From positions 20,949 to 84,948 of the forward strand of contig CALXVV010000002.1 of the NCBI GenBank assembly GCA_944392205.1: 64,000 nucleotides of DNA. Direction: 5' to 3'. Below are positions 40,023 to 49,735 of this stretch, piece by piece. Source of the stretch: an uncultured Alphaproteobacteria bacterium (lineage in GTDB: Bacteria > Pseudomonadota > Alphaproteobacteria > RF32 > CAG-239). Position 1 is the stretch's first letter. Every line of letters begins with the position of its first letter. The notes under the pieces were generated by a model. It made no database searches. It saw only the letters and a program-made list of their open reading frames with translations, and was not told where the DNA came from. A program made the position numbers and the translations under genes.

Positions 40023-40751
40023 TTATTCCACATTCTCAATCAGCCTATCAAGGTTGTCTCTTTCTGATTCCTTGTAGCCTTCAAATCCTTCTTTTATGCC
40101 AACCAAATTCTTTTTCTTCTTTAGGGCTTTTTTGATTTGCGGTTGCGCTAATTTTTCAAACAACTCTTCGGTATCTGAATCGCTTGCCTCTTCCTCAACA
40201 GTTTCCGGTTCTTCTTCAACCGTTTCTTCATCACTCATACCTTGAGTCTTCTCTTTTATCAGCTTTAAGGTTTCTTCAGGGATCATCTCCTCTAATGGTG
40301 CCGCAAATTTACCGGCTAATTGAAAATACTTTGATTCCGTTAGGGTTTCTGATTGTTTCTCGGGCGGAATCATCCAACTTACCAAAATATAAAATAATAT
40401 TACCAGCAAACACGCTCTGGCGATGCCGAAAAACAGGCCCAACATTCTGTCCATGCCGTTTAACTTGCTTGAACGAATCTTGCCAACAACTCCGGCCGTT
40501 GCATATATCCAAATAATGAAAAACAATATCAATATGCATAAAGCCGATACCGCCCCGGCAATATAGCCATTGGAAATGTAATTTTTGGCAAAAGGCATTA
40601 CCATTGGCAAAACATATATGATGGCAAAAGTCGCTAAAACCCACCCGATGATGGATAAAACCTCTTTTACCAATCCTCTGGATAAGGCTATCAGCGCCGA
40701 AATGGCAACAACAATCAATATGATAATGTCCAGATTATTTAATGAAGACAT
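40023..40751 (-). CDS. cvpA: CvpA-family membrane protein (colicin V production protein).
   Basis: N-terminus NLDIIILIVVAISALIALSRGLVKEVLSIIGWVLA matches the CvpA consensus. Four TM helices and an acidic C-terminal tail. Confidence 0.75.
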   Translation of the reverse strand: MSSLNNLDIIILIVVAISALIALSRGLVKEVLSIIGWVLATFAIIYVLPMVMPFAKNYISNGYIAGAVSALCILILFFIIWIYATAGVVGKIRSSKLNGMDRMLGLFFGIARACLLVILFYILVSWMIPPEKQSETLTESKYFQLAGKFAAPLEEMIPEETLKLIKEKTQGMSDEETVEEEPETVEEEASDSDTEELFEKLAQPQIKKALKKKKNLVGIKEGFEGYKESERDNLDRLIENVE

Positions 40752-40764
40752 TTCCTTTTTCCTT

Positions 40765-42138
40765 TTAATTAAACCAGTTTATCAGCCGCTGAACGTTGCC
40801 GATCTCATAAATGTTAATATCCACTCTTGATTTTTTTTCTTTGGCATGGGTCGGCGGGGTAATGGCGCTGGCAAAGCCCAACTTATTGGCCTCTTTTAAG
40901 CGCAATGACGGTTGCGAAACAGCCCTTATCTCACCGGAAAGACCTATCTCTCCAAAAATCACCATATCTGCCGGCAAGGGTTTGTTGGTGAGTGATGAAA
41001 TAACGGCCATCGCTACCGCTAAGTCTGCCGCCGGCTCTGATATCCTCAAACCTCCGGCAATATTCAGATATATATCCTGCGAGCTCAAGTTCATGCCGCA
41101 ACGCGCTTCCAGTACCGCCAAAACCATGGATAATCTGTTAGAATCCCAGCCAACAACCGCTCTTTTGGGGCTGGCATAGCTGGTGGGGCTGACAAGCGCC
41201 TGAATCTCTACCAAAACCGGTCTGGATCCTTCTACGCCGGCAAAAACGCATGAGCCAGATATGTTCCCTTGCCTCTCTGCCAAAAACAAAGCTGACGGGT
41301 TTTCAACCTCTACCAGGCCTTGATCCTGCATCTCAAAAACGCCAATCTCATCTGTGGCGCCGTAGCGGTTCTTTACCGCTCGCAGAATTCTGAAGTGATG
41401 ACCTCTCTCGCCCTCAAAATATAAAACCGTATCAACCATATGCTCAAGCACCCTGGGGCCGGCTATGGCTCCCTGTTTGGTGACGTGGCCAACCAAAAAC
41501 AATGTAAAACCTTTTCTTTTGGCCAATTTTATCAGCTCATAGCTGCAGGCCCTGACTTGAGTAACACTGCCGGGGGTTGATTCAACCTCGTCTAAATACA
41601 TGGTTTGAATCGAATCTATCACCACTACCGCTGCATTTGATTTCTCAAGCGTGGTGACAATATCTTTTATTTCGGTCGAACTGGCTAATTTTACCGGTGA
41701 TTGCTCCAATCCCAATCTCTTAGCTCTTAACCTGACCTGGTCTATCGCCTCTTCTCCGGATATGTAATAAACCTCTTTCCCATTCGGAGAATCCGCTATT
41801 TTGGCACAAGCCTGCAGCAAGAGCGTGGATTTACCAATGCCGGGGTCGCCGCCAACCAAAATGACAGAACCTGCCACTAAGCCGCCGCCAGAAACACGGT
41901 CTAACTCTTTAATCCCGGTGCTGAGCCTGCTCAAATGCTCTTGCGCACCGCTTAAGGGCACAAACTCTATCATGTGCCCTTTTGACTTCTTCGGATTAAA
42001 GTTTGAAAAACCTTCTCCGCCAAGAACCTCCTCTTCTATACAGTTCCACTCCCCACACGCATCGCATTTGCCCTGCCACTTCGGATAAACCGAGCCACAA
42101 TTCTGGCAAACATATTGCTTATTGTCTTTCTTTGCCAA
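40765..42138 (-). CDS. radA: DNA repair protein RadA (Sms).
   Basis: N-terminal zinc finger CQNCGSVYPKWQGKCDACGEW, RecA-like domain with Walker A GDPGIGKST, the KNRFG motif (KNRYGATDE) and a Lon-protease-like C-terminal domain. Confidence 0.9.
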   Translation of the reverse strand: MAKKDNKQYVCQNCGSVYPKWQGKCDACGEWNCIEEEVLGGEGFSNFNPKKSKGHMIEFVPLSGAQEHLSRLSTGIKELDRVSGGGLVAGSVILVGGDPGIGKSTLLLQACAKIADSPNGKEVYYISGEEAIDQVRLRAKRLGLEQSPVKLASSTEIKDIVTTLEKSNAAVVVIDSIQTMYLDEVESTPGSVTQVRACSYELIKLAKRKGFTLFLVGHVTKQGAIAGPRVLEHMVDTVLYFEGERGHHFRILRAVKNRYGATDEIGVFEMQDQGLVEVENPSALFLAERQGNISGSCVFAGVEGSRPVLVEIQALVSPTSYASPKRAVVGWDSNRLSMVLAVLEARCGMNLSSQDIYLNIAGGLRISEPAADLAVAMAVISSLTNKPLPADMVIFGEIGLSGEIRAVSQPSLRLKEANKLGFASAITPPTHAKEKKSRVDINIYEIGNVQRLINWFN

Positions 42139-42141
42139 AGC

Positions 42142-42906
42142 CTAAACCTCCACTTTTATCGGTCCTTGAGAACTACCGTTGATAAACTGGCGAACATACG
42201 GATTATCGGTTTTATCCATCTCTTTGACCGTGCCTTGCCATACAATCTTGCCCTGATACAGCATCGCTATTCTATCGGCAATTTTGCGAGCCGAGGTCAT
42301 ATCGTGCGTAATTGTCAAGGCTGTTGCACCCAAACCTTTTACAGACTCTATAATCAGGTCATTAATAACGTCTGACATTATCGGGTCCAATCCCGTGGTC
42401 GGCTCATCAAAAAAGATTATCTCCGGTTTGGAGGCTATGGCTCTGGCCAAGCCCACGCGTTTTTGCATACCGCCGGAAAGCTCTGAAGGAGACAATTCTG
42501 CAACATCCGGTGCTAAACCTACCGAGCGCAAAACCCTAATAGCCTCGTTCTTGGCGTCTTTTTTGTTCATGCCCCGATTTTCAAGCAAGTCAAAAGCTAC
42601 GTTTTCCCACACGCTTAAACTATCAAACAAAGCGCCGCCTTGAAACAGCATGCCCATTTTGGAGTGCAGTGCCTCTTTCTCATCCTCGTCTATCCCGACA
42701 ACCTCTTGATCATCTACCAAGATTGATCCTTCATCTGGCACCAATAATCCTTGTATACACTTAATCAGAACCGATTTTCCGGTACCGGAACCGCCGATTA
42801 CAACCAGAGACTCTCCTTTGGCTATTTCCAAATCAACGCCGGCAAGAACAATTTTTTTTCCGAAAGCTTTATGAAGATTGCTTATCTTTATTTTTGTTTC
42901 TGTCAT
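42142..42906 (-). CDS. mlaF: ABC transporter ATP-binding protein, MlaF-like.
   Basis: Walker A GGSGTGKS, signature LSGGMQKRV, Walker B IIFFDEP. Paired with an MlaE-like permease immediately upstream. Confidence 0.8.
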   Translation of the reverse strand: MTETKIKISNLHKAFGKKIVLAGVDLEIAKGESLVVIGGSGTGKSVLIKCIQGLLVPDEGSILVDDQEVVGIDEDEKEALHSKMGMLFQGGALFDSLSVWENVAFDLLENRGMNKKDAKNEAIRVLRSVGLAPDVAELSPSELSGGMQKRVGLARAIASKPEIIFFDEPTTGLDPIMSDVINDLIIESVKGLGATALTITHDMTSARKIADRIAMLYQGKIVWQGTVKEMDKTDNPYVRQFINGSSQGPIKVEV

Positions 42907-42924
42907 CTTTTATTCTCCATAAAA

Positions 42925-43716
42925 CTATTTTGAGAAAAATAGCTCGGTAATTACATAGTTGAAAATCAAAATCAAAATAGAAGCGGAAACCACCGCATTG
43001 GTGGTGGCCGCACCAACGCCCTGAGCGCCGCCTTTTGATTTATAACCGTTATAGCAGCCCATGATGGAAATGATAAAACCAAAAACCGCCGCTTTTACCA
43101 CACCGGTGGTAATATCTATGGCCTGCAAATTCTGTAAAGTTGAGTTGACATAGTTGGCCGGGTTAAACCCTAATTTATATACACCAACCACATAACCACC
43201 AAAAATACCGATAACATCGCCCAACAACACCAGCAACGGCATAACTATCAGCCCGGCCCAAACGCGCGGAGCTACCAAATACTTGAACGGATTGGTTGAC
43301 AACGTTACCAAGGCATCTATCTGCTCGGTTACACGCATGGTGCCGATCTCTGCCGCCATTGCCGCACCTATACGACCGGCAACCATCAGGGCCGACAACA
43401 CCGGCGCCAACTCTCTGGTTACAGAAATCAGCACAACCGAGGCAACCGCTCCCTCGGCGCCAAAACGCATAAAGCCCGAATAACTCTGCAGAGCTATAAC
43501 CATTCCGGCAAAGATTGTGGTCAACCCTACAACAGGCAAGGAATAAAAGCCCATGTCAACAATCTGGCGCCACAAATTTCGCCAATATATGGGAAACGTA
43601 AAACAGTTATAAACCGCTTGAGCTACAAACAGTGAGAACTCACCTAAGCCGGAGAAAAACTTAACCAGCGGCTGTCCTTGCCGCCGCAAAAAATTTTCTA
43701 TTGATTTCAGACACAT
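42925..43716 (-). CDS. mlaE: ABC transporter permease, MlaE-like.
   Basis: About 263 aa with 5-6 TM segments. The RELAPVLSALMVAGRIGAAMAAEIGTMRVTEQIDAL block is characteristic of MlaE. Confidence 0.8.
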   Translation of the reverse strand: MCLKSIENFLRRQGQPLVKFFSGLGEFSLFVAQAVYNCFTFPIYWRNLWRQIVDMGFYSLPVVGLTTIFAGMVIALQSYSGFMRFGAEGAVASVVLISVTRELAPVLSALMVAGRIGAAMAAEIGTMRVTEQIDALVTLSTNPFKYLVAPRVWAGLIVMPLLVLLGDVIGIFGGYVVGVYKLGFNPANYVNSTLQNLQAIDITTGVVKAAVFGFIISIMGCYNGYKSKGGAQGVGAATTNAVVSASILILIFNYVITELFFSK

Positions 43717-43797
43717 ATCTTTTCTCTCTAATCAGAATTAAATTTGCCTTATTTTAGAACTAAGATTGTAAAGAATCAACCGCTAAGAGATTGTTCC

Positions 43798-44214
43798 TCA
43801 CAGCATTGTCAGAGCGGCCAAAATTTTTGACGGGGTTGAGGCGTCAAACGCATAAAGGCTGATTTGCGGAATTTTTATTCCACTAAATTCGTAAACCTCT
43901 CCTTCAGGAAAACGATCAACCATTTCTCTTTTTTCCACCAGCCGAACAGCTAAAAACAAATCAGCGTCAACAGAAGGAAAATTTACTATTCCGACCCCTC
44001 TTACTTCTAACAAATCCTTGAGGATTGTTGGCGCAGTTGCCTTTATCTTGCCTTTTAACACCTGTAAATTTACTCTGTCATCAGCGACAAGTTTGGCGCC
44101 CTGCTCCATAATTAAGCGTAAAGCAAGGTCTGACTTTCCTCTGCCGGAAGGCCCATATATCAGAATCCCTTTTTTCTTATATTCCACACAGGAGGCATGT
44201 ACATTAGCCCTCAT
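43798..44214 (-). CDS. hprK: HPr kinase/phosphorylase, short form (C-terminal kinase domain only).
   Basis: P-loop GPSGRGKS and signature LEVRGVGI. About 138 aa, the size of the truncated HprK of alphaproteobacteria. Confidence 0.8.
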   Translation of the reverse strand: MRANVHASCVEYKKKGILIYGPSGRGKSDLALRLIMEQGAKLVADDRVNLQVLKGKIKATAPTILKDLLEVRGVGIVNFPSVDADLFLAVRLVEKREMVDRFPEGEVYEFSGIKIPQISLYAFDASTPSKILAALTML

Positions 44215-44677
44215 TTTTTAGCTCCAGTGCGGATAAACGAGAATGTTTTTCTTTTGAGCGTGTTTCTATGGTAAGTTTGCGCCCCTCTCCTTGCGGGGTT
44301 ATTTCAAGTCTGAAGATATCTCTTGGCAGATAGCCGGCCATTTTTTCCGGCCACTCAATTAAACTCACTCCGGAATACAAGGCCTCCTCAACCCCTATTT
44401 CAAATATCTCTTCCGCCGATTTGAGGCGATATAAATCAAAATGATAAATTTCAAAATCCGGCGCCTCGTAAGTTTGCAACAGCGTAAATGTCGGACTCGG
44501 AACCTCTCCTTGGCCGCATAATTCCTGCACAAAGGCTCTGGCTAACACGCTTTTCCCCATACCCAGTGTGCCGTAAAGCGCGAATACGTCTCCTTTGCGA
44601 GCAATATGTGCAAGCTTTATTCCTATTTTTTTTGTTTCGTTTTCCGTTGCCAGATTTATTTCTATTTTATGGTCCAT
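44204..44677 (-). CDS. tsaE: tRNA threonylcarbamoyladenosine biosynthesis protein TsaE (YjeE ATPase).
   Basis: Walker A-like LYGTLGMGKSVLARAF and the conserved SPTFTLLQTYE / YHFDLYRL blocks of TsaE. Confidence 0.8.
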   Translation of the reverse strand: MDHKIEINLATENETKKIGIKLAHIARKGDVFALYGTLGMGKSVLARAFVQELCGQGEVPSPTFTLLQTYEAPDFEIYHFDLYRLKSAEEIFEIGVEEALYSGVSLIEWPEKMAGYLPRDIFRLEITPQGEGRKLTIETRSKEKHSRLSALELKNEG

Positions 44678-44678
44678 T

Positions 44679-45692
44679 TTATCCTAACGGATTAATTAAA
44701 GTTCTTTTGCGTTTGGGTTTTTGGTTTATCACTTTTATTTTGGGTTTGCGGGCCTGAATTTTGCGCCAATCCCAGGGCATATAAAATTCTCCTTGCCACA
44801 AACCTCGTCCGTTATTTTGAGCCTGGGTCTGATAGGGTGTATAGATATCCGTGTGTTTGCTGTAAACAACAGCCCAACCGGCATTAACCAAAGCAGCTCC
44901 TATATCATATGCTCCCAATGAACAAACCCCTACCATGTTGCCATTTGTATCTCTTTGAATAACCCGGCACTCTAATTCATTATCTTGCAACCAACTCTTC
45001 AGCCATGCCGCGGCTTGCTGTCCACAATGGTATGGACGACCGTTTCCATCCGCGCAGGTTTGGTTACTTTCAGGCGCATCTATACCGAAAAGCCGAAAGT
45101 AATGACCGCTTATAACTAGGGTATCACCGCTTATAACTTTAGCGGTTGAGTAAATGGCCGGATAATTTTTTGGGTTGAATGTTGCTGCCTGATTGTTTGA
45201 TGAAGAGCCTCCAAACAATTTATCAAAAAAGCTTTCCTCTTGAACCTGTTGCGGTTGTTGCGGCTGTGCTACCTGTTCTTCAATCACTATTTCTTCTTCA
45301 GCTGCCGGAGAGAAACTTTCTGAAATCGGCACATCAAACTCCTCCTCATCCAGCAAGTTGATCTTTGCAGAAGCCATGCTGCTTTGAGATGATGCCATAC
45401 CCTGCCCTAAAAAGCTTTTTACATTCTTGCCGACACCACCCAAGCCGTCACTAAAGGCCCCTATGGCGTAAAGAATAAAGACAATTATTGCGGCAATTAA
45501 AAATAATGAAGGCAGACACCCCATGGCCCGCCAAGCCATCTTGGCAAAAATGTATAACACAACCAACCCGATGATGAGGCCTAAAAAACCACCGCCTTGC
45601 ATCAGAACACTGTTGCTTCTGGTTCCTGCGCCCCCAAGCAAGATAAGAAATAAAGCGCCCAAACCTAACAACACTCTCTTTAAGAAAATCAT
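44679..45692 (-). CDS. Membrane-anchored thermonuclease (SNase-like) family protein.
   Basis: Three N-terminal TM helices, a Q/E-rich low-complexity linker, and a C-terminal SNase-like domain (GDTLVISGHYFRLFGIDAPE...GRGLW). Confidence 0.65.
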   Translation of the reverse strand: MIFLKRVLLGLGALFLILLGGAGTRSNSVLMQGGGFLGLIIGLVVLYIFAKMAWRAMGCLPSLFLIAAIIVFILYAIGAFSDGLGGVGKNVKSFLGQGMASSQSSMASAKINLLDEEEFDVPISESFSPAAEEEIVIEEQVAQPQQPQQVQEESFFDKLFGGSSSNNQAATFNPKNYPAIYSTAKVISGDTLVISGHYFRLFGIDAPESNQTCADGNGRPYHCGQQAAAWLKSWLQDNELECRVIQRDTNGNMVGVCSLGAYDIGAALVNAGWAVVYSKHTDIYTPYQTQAQNNGRGLWQGEFYMPWDWRKIQARKPKIKVINQKPKRKRTLINPLG

Positions 45693-45958
45693 GGCAGACC
45701 CCTTCGGTTATTTTAGTTGTTACAATTAAAGCATATATGTGCTTATTTAATCAAATCTTTTTTTGTTACAATATTGGCTTTTGGTAAATATTCCCTTAAG
45801 TCTGCGATTCGGAACAAAAAGAAAATATTTTTTTTATGTGTTTGATAATATTTTTTATTTGCCGAAATCGAATCTGAGCCTTTGTTTGCCGCGAATCGTT
45901 TGTTTTCCTGGAATTTTTGTTAAAACATTCTTTACTAAAATCTGATTATATAACCACA

Positions 45959-45987
45959 TTGATTGTACTTGTTTTTTATGGTATACT
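45959..45987 (+). promoter_or_regulatory. Sigma70-type promoter for the autotransporter gene.
   Basis: TTGATT (45959-45964), a 17-nt spacer, then TATACT (45982-45987). Confidence 0.5.
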
Positions 45988-46012
45988 AAAGGTTAGTTTA
46001 TCATAATTATTA

Positions 46013-49000
46013 ATGGGGTATAGCATGAAGCCGCTTCACGTTCTATCCGGATTTTGTTTGGCCTTGCTTTTGGTTTGTGGTTGCACAGCAAAGGCAATGG
46101 CCGAAACTGTTTGCTCTGGTGGTAATTGTGATGGTTTGGTGATGGACGATGTCTATAATGTACCTTCTCAAGAAACTGTGAATAATGCCACCGTTGTGAA
46201 TAACGGAGAATTATCTCTAGAAGACAACAGTTCCGCTACAAATATAGTTGTTAGTGATGGTGGAAAAATCTCTGCAGGATACAAGGTAACAATTGATGGA
46301 CTTACTCTTGAAAATGGTTCTGTTTTTGACTTTGCTGGCTCTCGCGGCGAAAATTCTCCGGTTATTTCTAATGCCACCCAAAACGGAAATGAGGTCTCTA
46401 TCCAAGATGATCTTGCCAAAGGCTTTGTTGTAAACAACGGTAGCTCTTTAGATGTGAAAAAGGGTGAAAACATCACTGTTGAAGATGGTGGAAACTTAAA
46501 GCTTTATAACGCCAGCAATATTGTTGTTAATGGCGGAACTGTTGACTTAGAAATGGCTGATGGCGTTGTTGTTAATGCTATAGATCAGAATATTATTGAT
46601 TATTCTACCTTTGATACAAGCCTGAAAACTGATGATTTAAGACTACGAGTAAAGGACTATCTGGATCTTGAGCAAAAATATGCGGATGGAGAAATAACTA
46701 AAGAAGAATTCTCAACTGCCATGGAGCAATTTGCTGACATGGAAACTGCTCTTAATGATTCCACAAATGTACTGACTAACTTATTGTCATATGCCTCTTT
46801 TTCAGCTACAAGCGCAAATAATTTAACAATAAATGCAATACCGCTCGATAATACTATTCCTCTGAATATGCTTAGGGATTATTTTCAGGTTTCGGCAAAA
46901 TTTTATGATTCCTTGGTTACTGACAAAGGAGATTCCCCCGTTAATGCTGGAATGTTGGACTATTTTATTGGTCTTTATACCCTGGCCTCAGAAATGAAAG
47001 AACAAAATATTGCCGGACCTAATGTTATTGGAAATATAAAATTAACCAATAGCTCTCTTTCTGATTGGGGAATAATAAGTAACCTTGTAAGGATGGAAAA
47101 TGTTGATCTTAATGATGGCTCTTTTGTTGTTGGATTAACGCAGTTGAACGGTCCTTCTGGCCATGAGGTTTTGCTTGATAATGTCCGCTTTAATGAAGGA
47201 AGCACTTTCTTTCTTGATACTGCCTCTACGGTTATAAACTCTACACAAGAGGGTAAGGAGGTTTCTATTATTGACCATGTCGCTGATGGTTTTTCTGTAA
47301 ATAAAAATAGTATGCTGGTTGTCAGCAATGGTGATAAGGCAAAAAATATTACCGTTAATGATGGCGGTCTGATTATGGCTGCCTTTGACTATTATTATAC
47401 TGACGGAAATGCTGAACTAGATAACATTGTTTTGAACGAGGGTGCCCTTTTTGACCTGCATACCGATGTTACAATGACAAACTCTACTCAAGAAGGTAAA
47501 GAGGTCTCTATTAAAGATAAAGTTGCTGATGGACTGACCATCAATGACGGTAGTGTACTCACCGTAAAAAGTGATGGTACAGCGAAAAATACTTTGGTTG
47601 AAGATGGCGGAACCTTAATTGCTAAAAAGACAGCTCAGATAAACAACTTGGTCGCTCATGGCGGTGCTATTTTGAATATTGATGCCGAAGCTATCTTATC
47701 CGGCGATATAGTCATTGATAAACAAGCTGATACTTCTTTTTCAGACTATGACTTCTCAGCTCTGTTTGCCGCAATGAATAAGGATACAACCTCTTTGACT
47801 CTGACCGGTGGTGTTCATGATTCCTTTGCCGATAAATTAATCAACGAAGATGTTGATGAAAATAAATCTTTGACCCTTGCCCAGGGCGATTATGTTATTG
47901 CTAATACTGAAAAAGACGGAGCTACCAAGGTCACCGGTTGGGATGTTATCAATATCGAAGCAGACACTTCTGAGGATGCAAAAAAGACAACTGTTAAATT
48001 AGAATCTGATATTTCTTTGCAGGGGTCTAATAAAAACTTTGTTGTCGGTGAAAATGCCGTTTTGGACCTCTCCGGACATTCTCCTCTTGATGTGACTATT
48101 GACGGTAATGTTATCAACAAAGGATTGATGGATTTTACTGTTAATGACACCCAAGGAGAAGCTGATGATACCACCACTATTACCGGCAATTATACGGCTC
48201 AAAACGGAGCAACCATTGCACTTAATGTTGATCCGGATACTCTAACTGCCGATAAACTGGTTATTGATGGCGATGTTGTCGGAAACACCAATGTCTTCCT
48301 TAAAACATCTTCTGAAAACTCGGCAGATGGAGATATTCTCTTTGCTCAAGTTCCTAATGACAATCCTGATACGGAATCTTCTTTTGATATATGGCGTGTA
48401 GAGGGAAGTCCTTATAAATGGTCATCAAAGTTTGAGGATAACAACTGGTATACTTATGTTTCCGGCGTTGCCGCTGATGATGACGAAGAGCCCGGAGATA
48501 ACAAACCTGTTTTTGTTCCGGAGATGGTGGCTTATGCCGGCCTTTATGACGCCGGATTTGAACAAACCCGTTCTTTGGCCAGAGCTATTGCCTCAAACAG
48601 CGGTAAAAATGGTTTGCTTGGCTCTGGTTGCCGTGACGGATATTGTCGCAAAATTGAACCCTTGCATACGGCCTGGGCGGTTCCTGTTTATTCAAACGTA
48701 AAAGTTAAGGCTCCTTACGACTATGAAGCCGATATCAGTGGGCTTGATGCCGGATTTGATTTGGTTGCTGATGGAATAAACAAACTTGGAATCTTGGTTT
48801 CTTATCGAGATGGTTCTTATGATTTTAGCGGCAAAAGTGATGATTTTATGTCTTACGGCGGTGCCGATATTGATATTGATAGTTATCTATTGGGTATCTA
48901 TGCCAGACACGATAAAGGACACCTCAAGGCCTTGGCTGCTGCTTTTGCAGGTGTTCAGTCTGCTGACATTCAATCTGATGACGGTGTAAAGGCAGACACT

Positions 49001-49450
49001 GATGCTGTTGAAGCCGGTGTAACTCTTGATGTCGCTTATATCTATGAAGCCGTCAAGGGAGTTACTTTAGAACCAGAACTTCAAGCCTCTTATACAATGC
49101 TTAAATATGACGATATTAAGGATAATGCCGGAAAGAATGTTAAATTTGATACTGCACATCGAGTTGAAATTGACGCTGGTGTAAAGATCAAAAAGTCTTG
49201 GCAACTTGATGAAGCTAAAGCGGCTATTTATGTTAAGCCGAGCCTTGTTCAAACATTTAACAGCGGCGGAGACTTAGTCCTAGCCAATGATGCAACCAAC
49301 ACTCTTGATGATCAGACTTTAGGTAGGGTAGAAATTGGAGCTGATTTCCAGCTTGATACTCGGTGGTCTGTCGGAGCGTCTGCTTCCCATACCTTTAACT
49401 CTGATTATGAGGACACATCCTTTAATCTTGATTTGCAATATAGGTTTTAA
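46013..49450 (+). CDS. Autotransporter (type Va) adhesin-like protein with three internal repeats.
   Basis: Signal peptide (MKPLHVLSGFCLALLLVCGC). The passenger domain is rich in VxDGG/NxGG beta-helix-like repeats. Three copies of an about 50-aa unit are present (ATQNGNEVSIQD..., STQEGKEVSIID..., STQEGKEVSIKD...). A C-terminal beta-barrel of about 280 aa ends in ...LDLQYRF with a terminal aromatic residue. Confidence 0.8.
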   Translation: MGYSMKPLHVLSGFCLALLLVCGCTAKAMAETVCSGGNCDGLVMDDVYNVPSQETVNNATVVNNGELSLEDNSSATNIVVSDGGKISAGYKVTIDGLTLENGSVFDFAGSRGENSPVISNATQNGNEVSIQDDLAKGFVVNNGSSLDVKKGENITVEDGGNLKLYNASNIVVNGGTVDLEMADGVVVNAIDQNIIDYSTFDTSLKTDDLRLRVKDYLDLEQKYADGEITKEEFSTAMEQFADMETALNDSTNVLTNLLSYASFSATSANNLTINAIPLDNTIPLNMLRDYFQVSAKFYDSLVTDKGDSPVNAGMLDYFIGLYTLASEMKEQNIAGPNVIGNIKLTNSSLSDWGIISNLVRMENVDLNDGSFVVGLTQLNGPSGHEVLLDNVRFNEGSTFFLDTASTVINSTQEGKEVSIIDHVADGFSVNKNSMLVVSNGDKAKNITVNDGGLIMAAFDYYYTDGNAELDNIVLNEGALFDLHTDVTMTNSTQEGKEVSIKDKVADGLTINDGSVLTVKSDGTAKNTLVEDGGTLIAKKTAQINNLVAHGGAILNIDAEAILSGDIVIDKQADTSFSDYDFSALFAAMNKDTTSLTLTGGVHDSFADKLINEDVDENKSLTLAQGDYVIANTEKDGATKVTGWDVINIEADTSEDAKKTTVKLESDISLQGSNKNFVVGENAVLDLSGHSPLDVTIDGNVINKGLMDFTVNDTQGEADDTTTITGNYTAQNGATIALNVDPDTLTADKLVIDGDVVGNTNVFLKTSSENSADGDILFAQVPNDNPDTESSFDIWRVEGSPYKWSSKFEDNNWYTYVSGVAADDDEEPGDNKPVFVPEMVAYAGLYDAGFEQTRSLARAIASNSGKNGLLGSGCRDGYCRKIEPLHTAWAVPVYSNVKVKAPYDYEADISGLDAGFDLVADGINKLGILVSYRDGSYDFSGKSDDFMSYGGADIDIDSYLLGIYARHDKGHLKALAAAFAGVQSADIQSDDGVKADTDAVEAGVTLDVAYIYEAVKGVTLEPELQASYTMLKYDDIKDNAGKNVKFDTAHRVEIDAGVKIKKSWQLDEAKAAIYVKPSLVQTFNSGGDLVLANDATNTLDDQTLGRVEIGADFQLDTRWSVGASASHTFNSDYEDTSFNLDLQYRF
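46360..47640 (+). repeat. Internal degenerate repeats within the autotransporter passenger domain (3 copies of about 140-150 bp at roughly 46360, 47229 and 47472).
   Basis: Copies 2 and 3 are recognisably similar at the DNA level by eye (aactctacacaagagggtaaggaggtttctatt... versus aactctactcaagaaggtaaagaggtctctatt...). Copy 1 is more diverged. Confidence 0.6.
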
Positions 49451-49455
49451 TAAAA

Positions 49456-49486
49456 GAAAAGCCCCTACTTTAGGGCTTTCTTTTTC
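49456..49486. terminator. Bidirectional terminator between the autotransporter gene (+) and the Cys-rich ORF (-).
   Basis: aaaagcccctactttagggctttctttttc. Confidence 0.75.
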
Positions 49487-49723
49487 TTAGGCTATGTCTT
49501 TTTTGCAATAACAGTGGCAATGGCACTCACCGTCTCTTTCTATATCCTGACGACAGGTCTCTGATATGCAGTAACGTGCCGGGTTGTTACCGTCACAAGG
49601 GCAACGCTGCCACTCGGCCTCGCCAAACATAACCTGTTTAGCATTAGCTATTTTTTTTACGTTTTTGGTTGTGGCGTAGCCTGCTTTTTCACAGTTTTCC
49701 AACATCTTATCTAGTATAGTCAT
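49487..49723 (-). CDS. Hypothetical small Cys/His-rich protein (78 aa).
   Basis: The C-terminal half contains CPCDG...CISETC...ECHCHCYC (9 Cys and 2 His in about 40 aa). Has its own terminator. No known motif recognised. Confidence 0.4.
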   Translation of the reverse strand: MTILDKMLENCEKAGYATTKNVKKIANAKQVMFGEAEWQRCPCDGNNPARYCISETCRQDIERDGECHCHCYCKKDIA

Positions 49724-49735
49724 TTTAGTTTGTCC

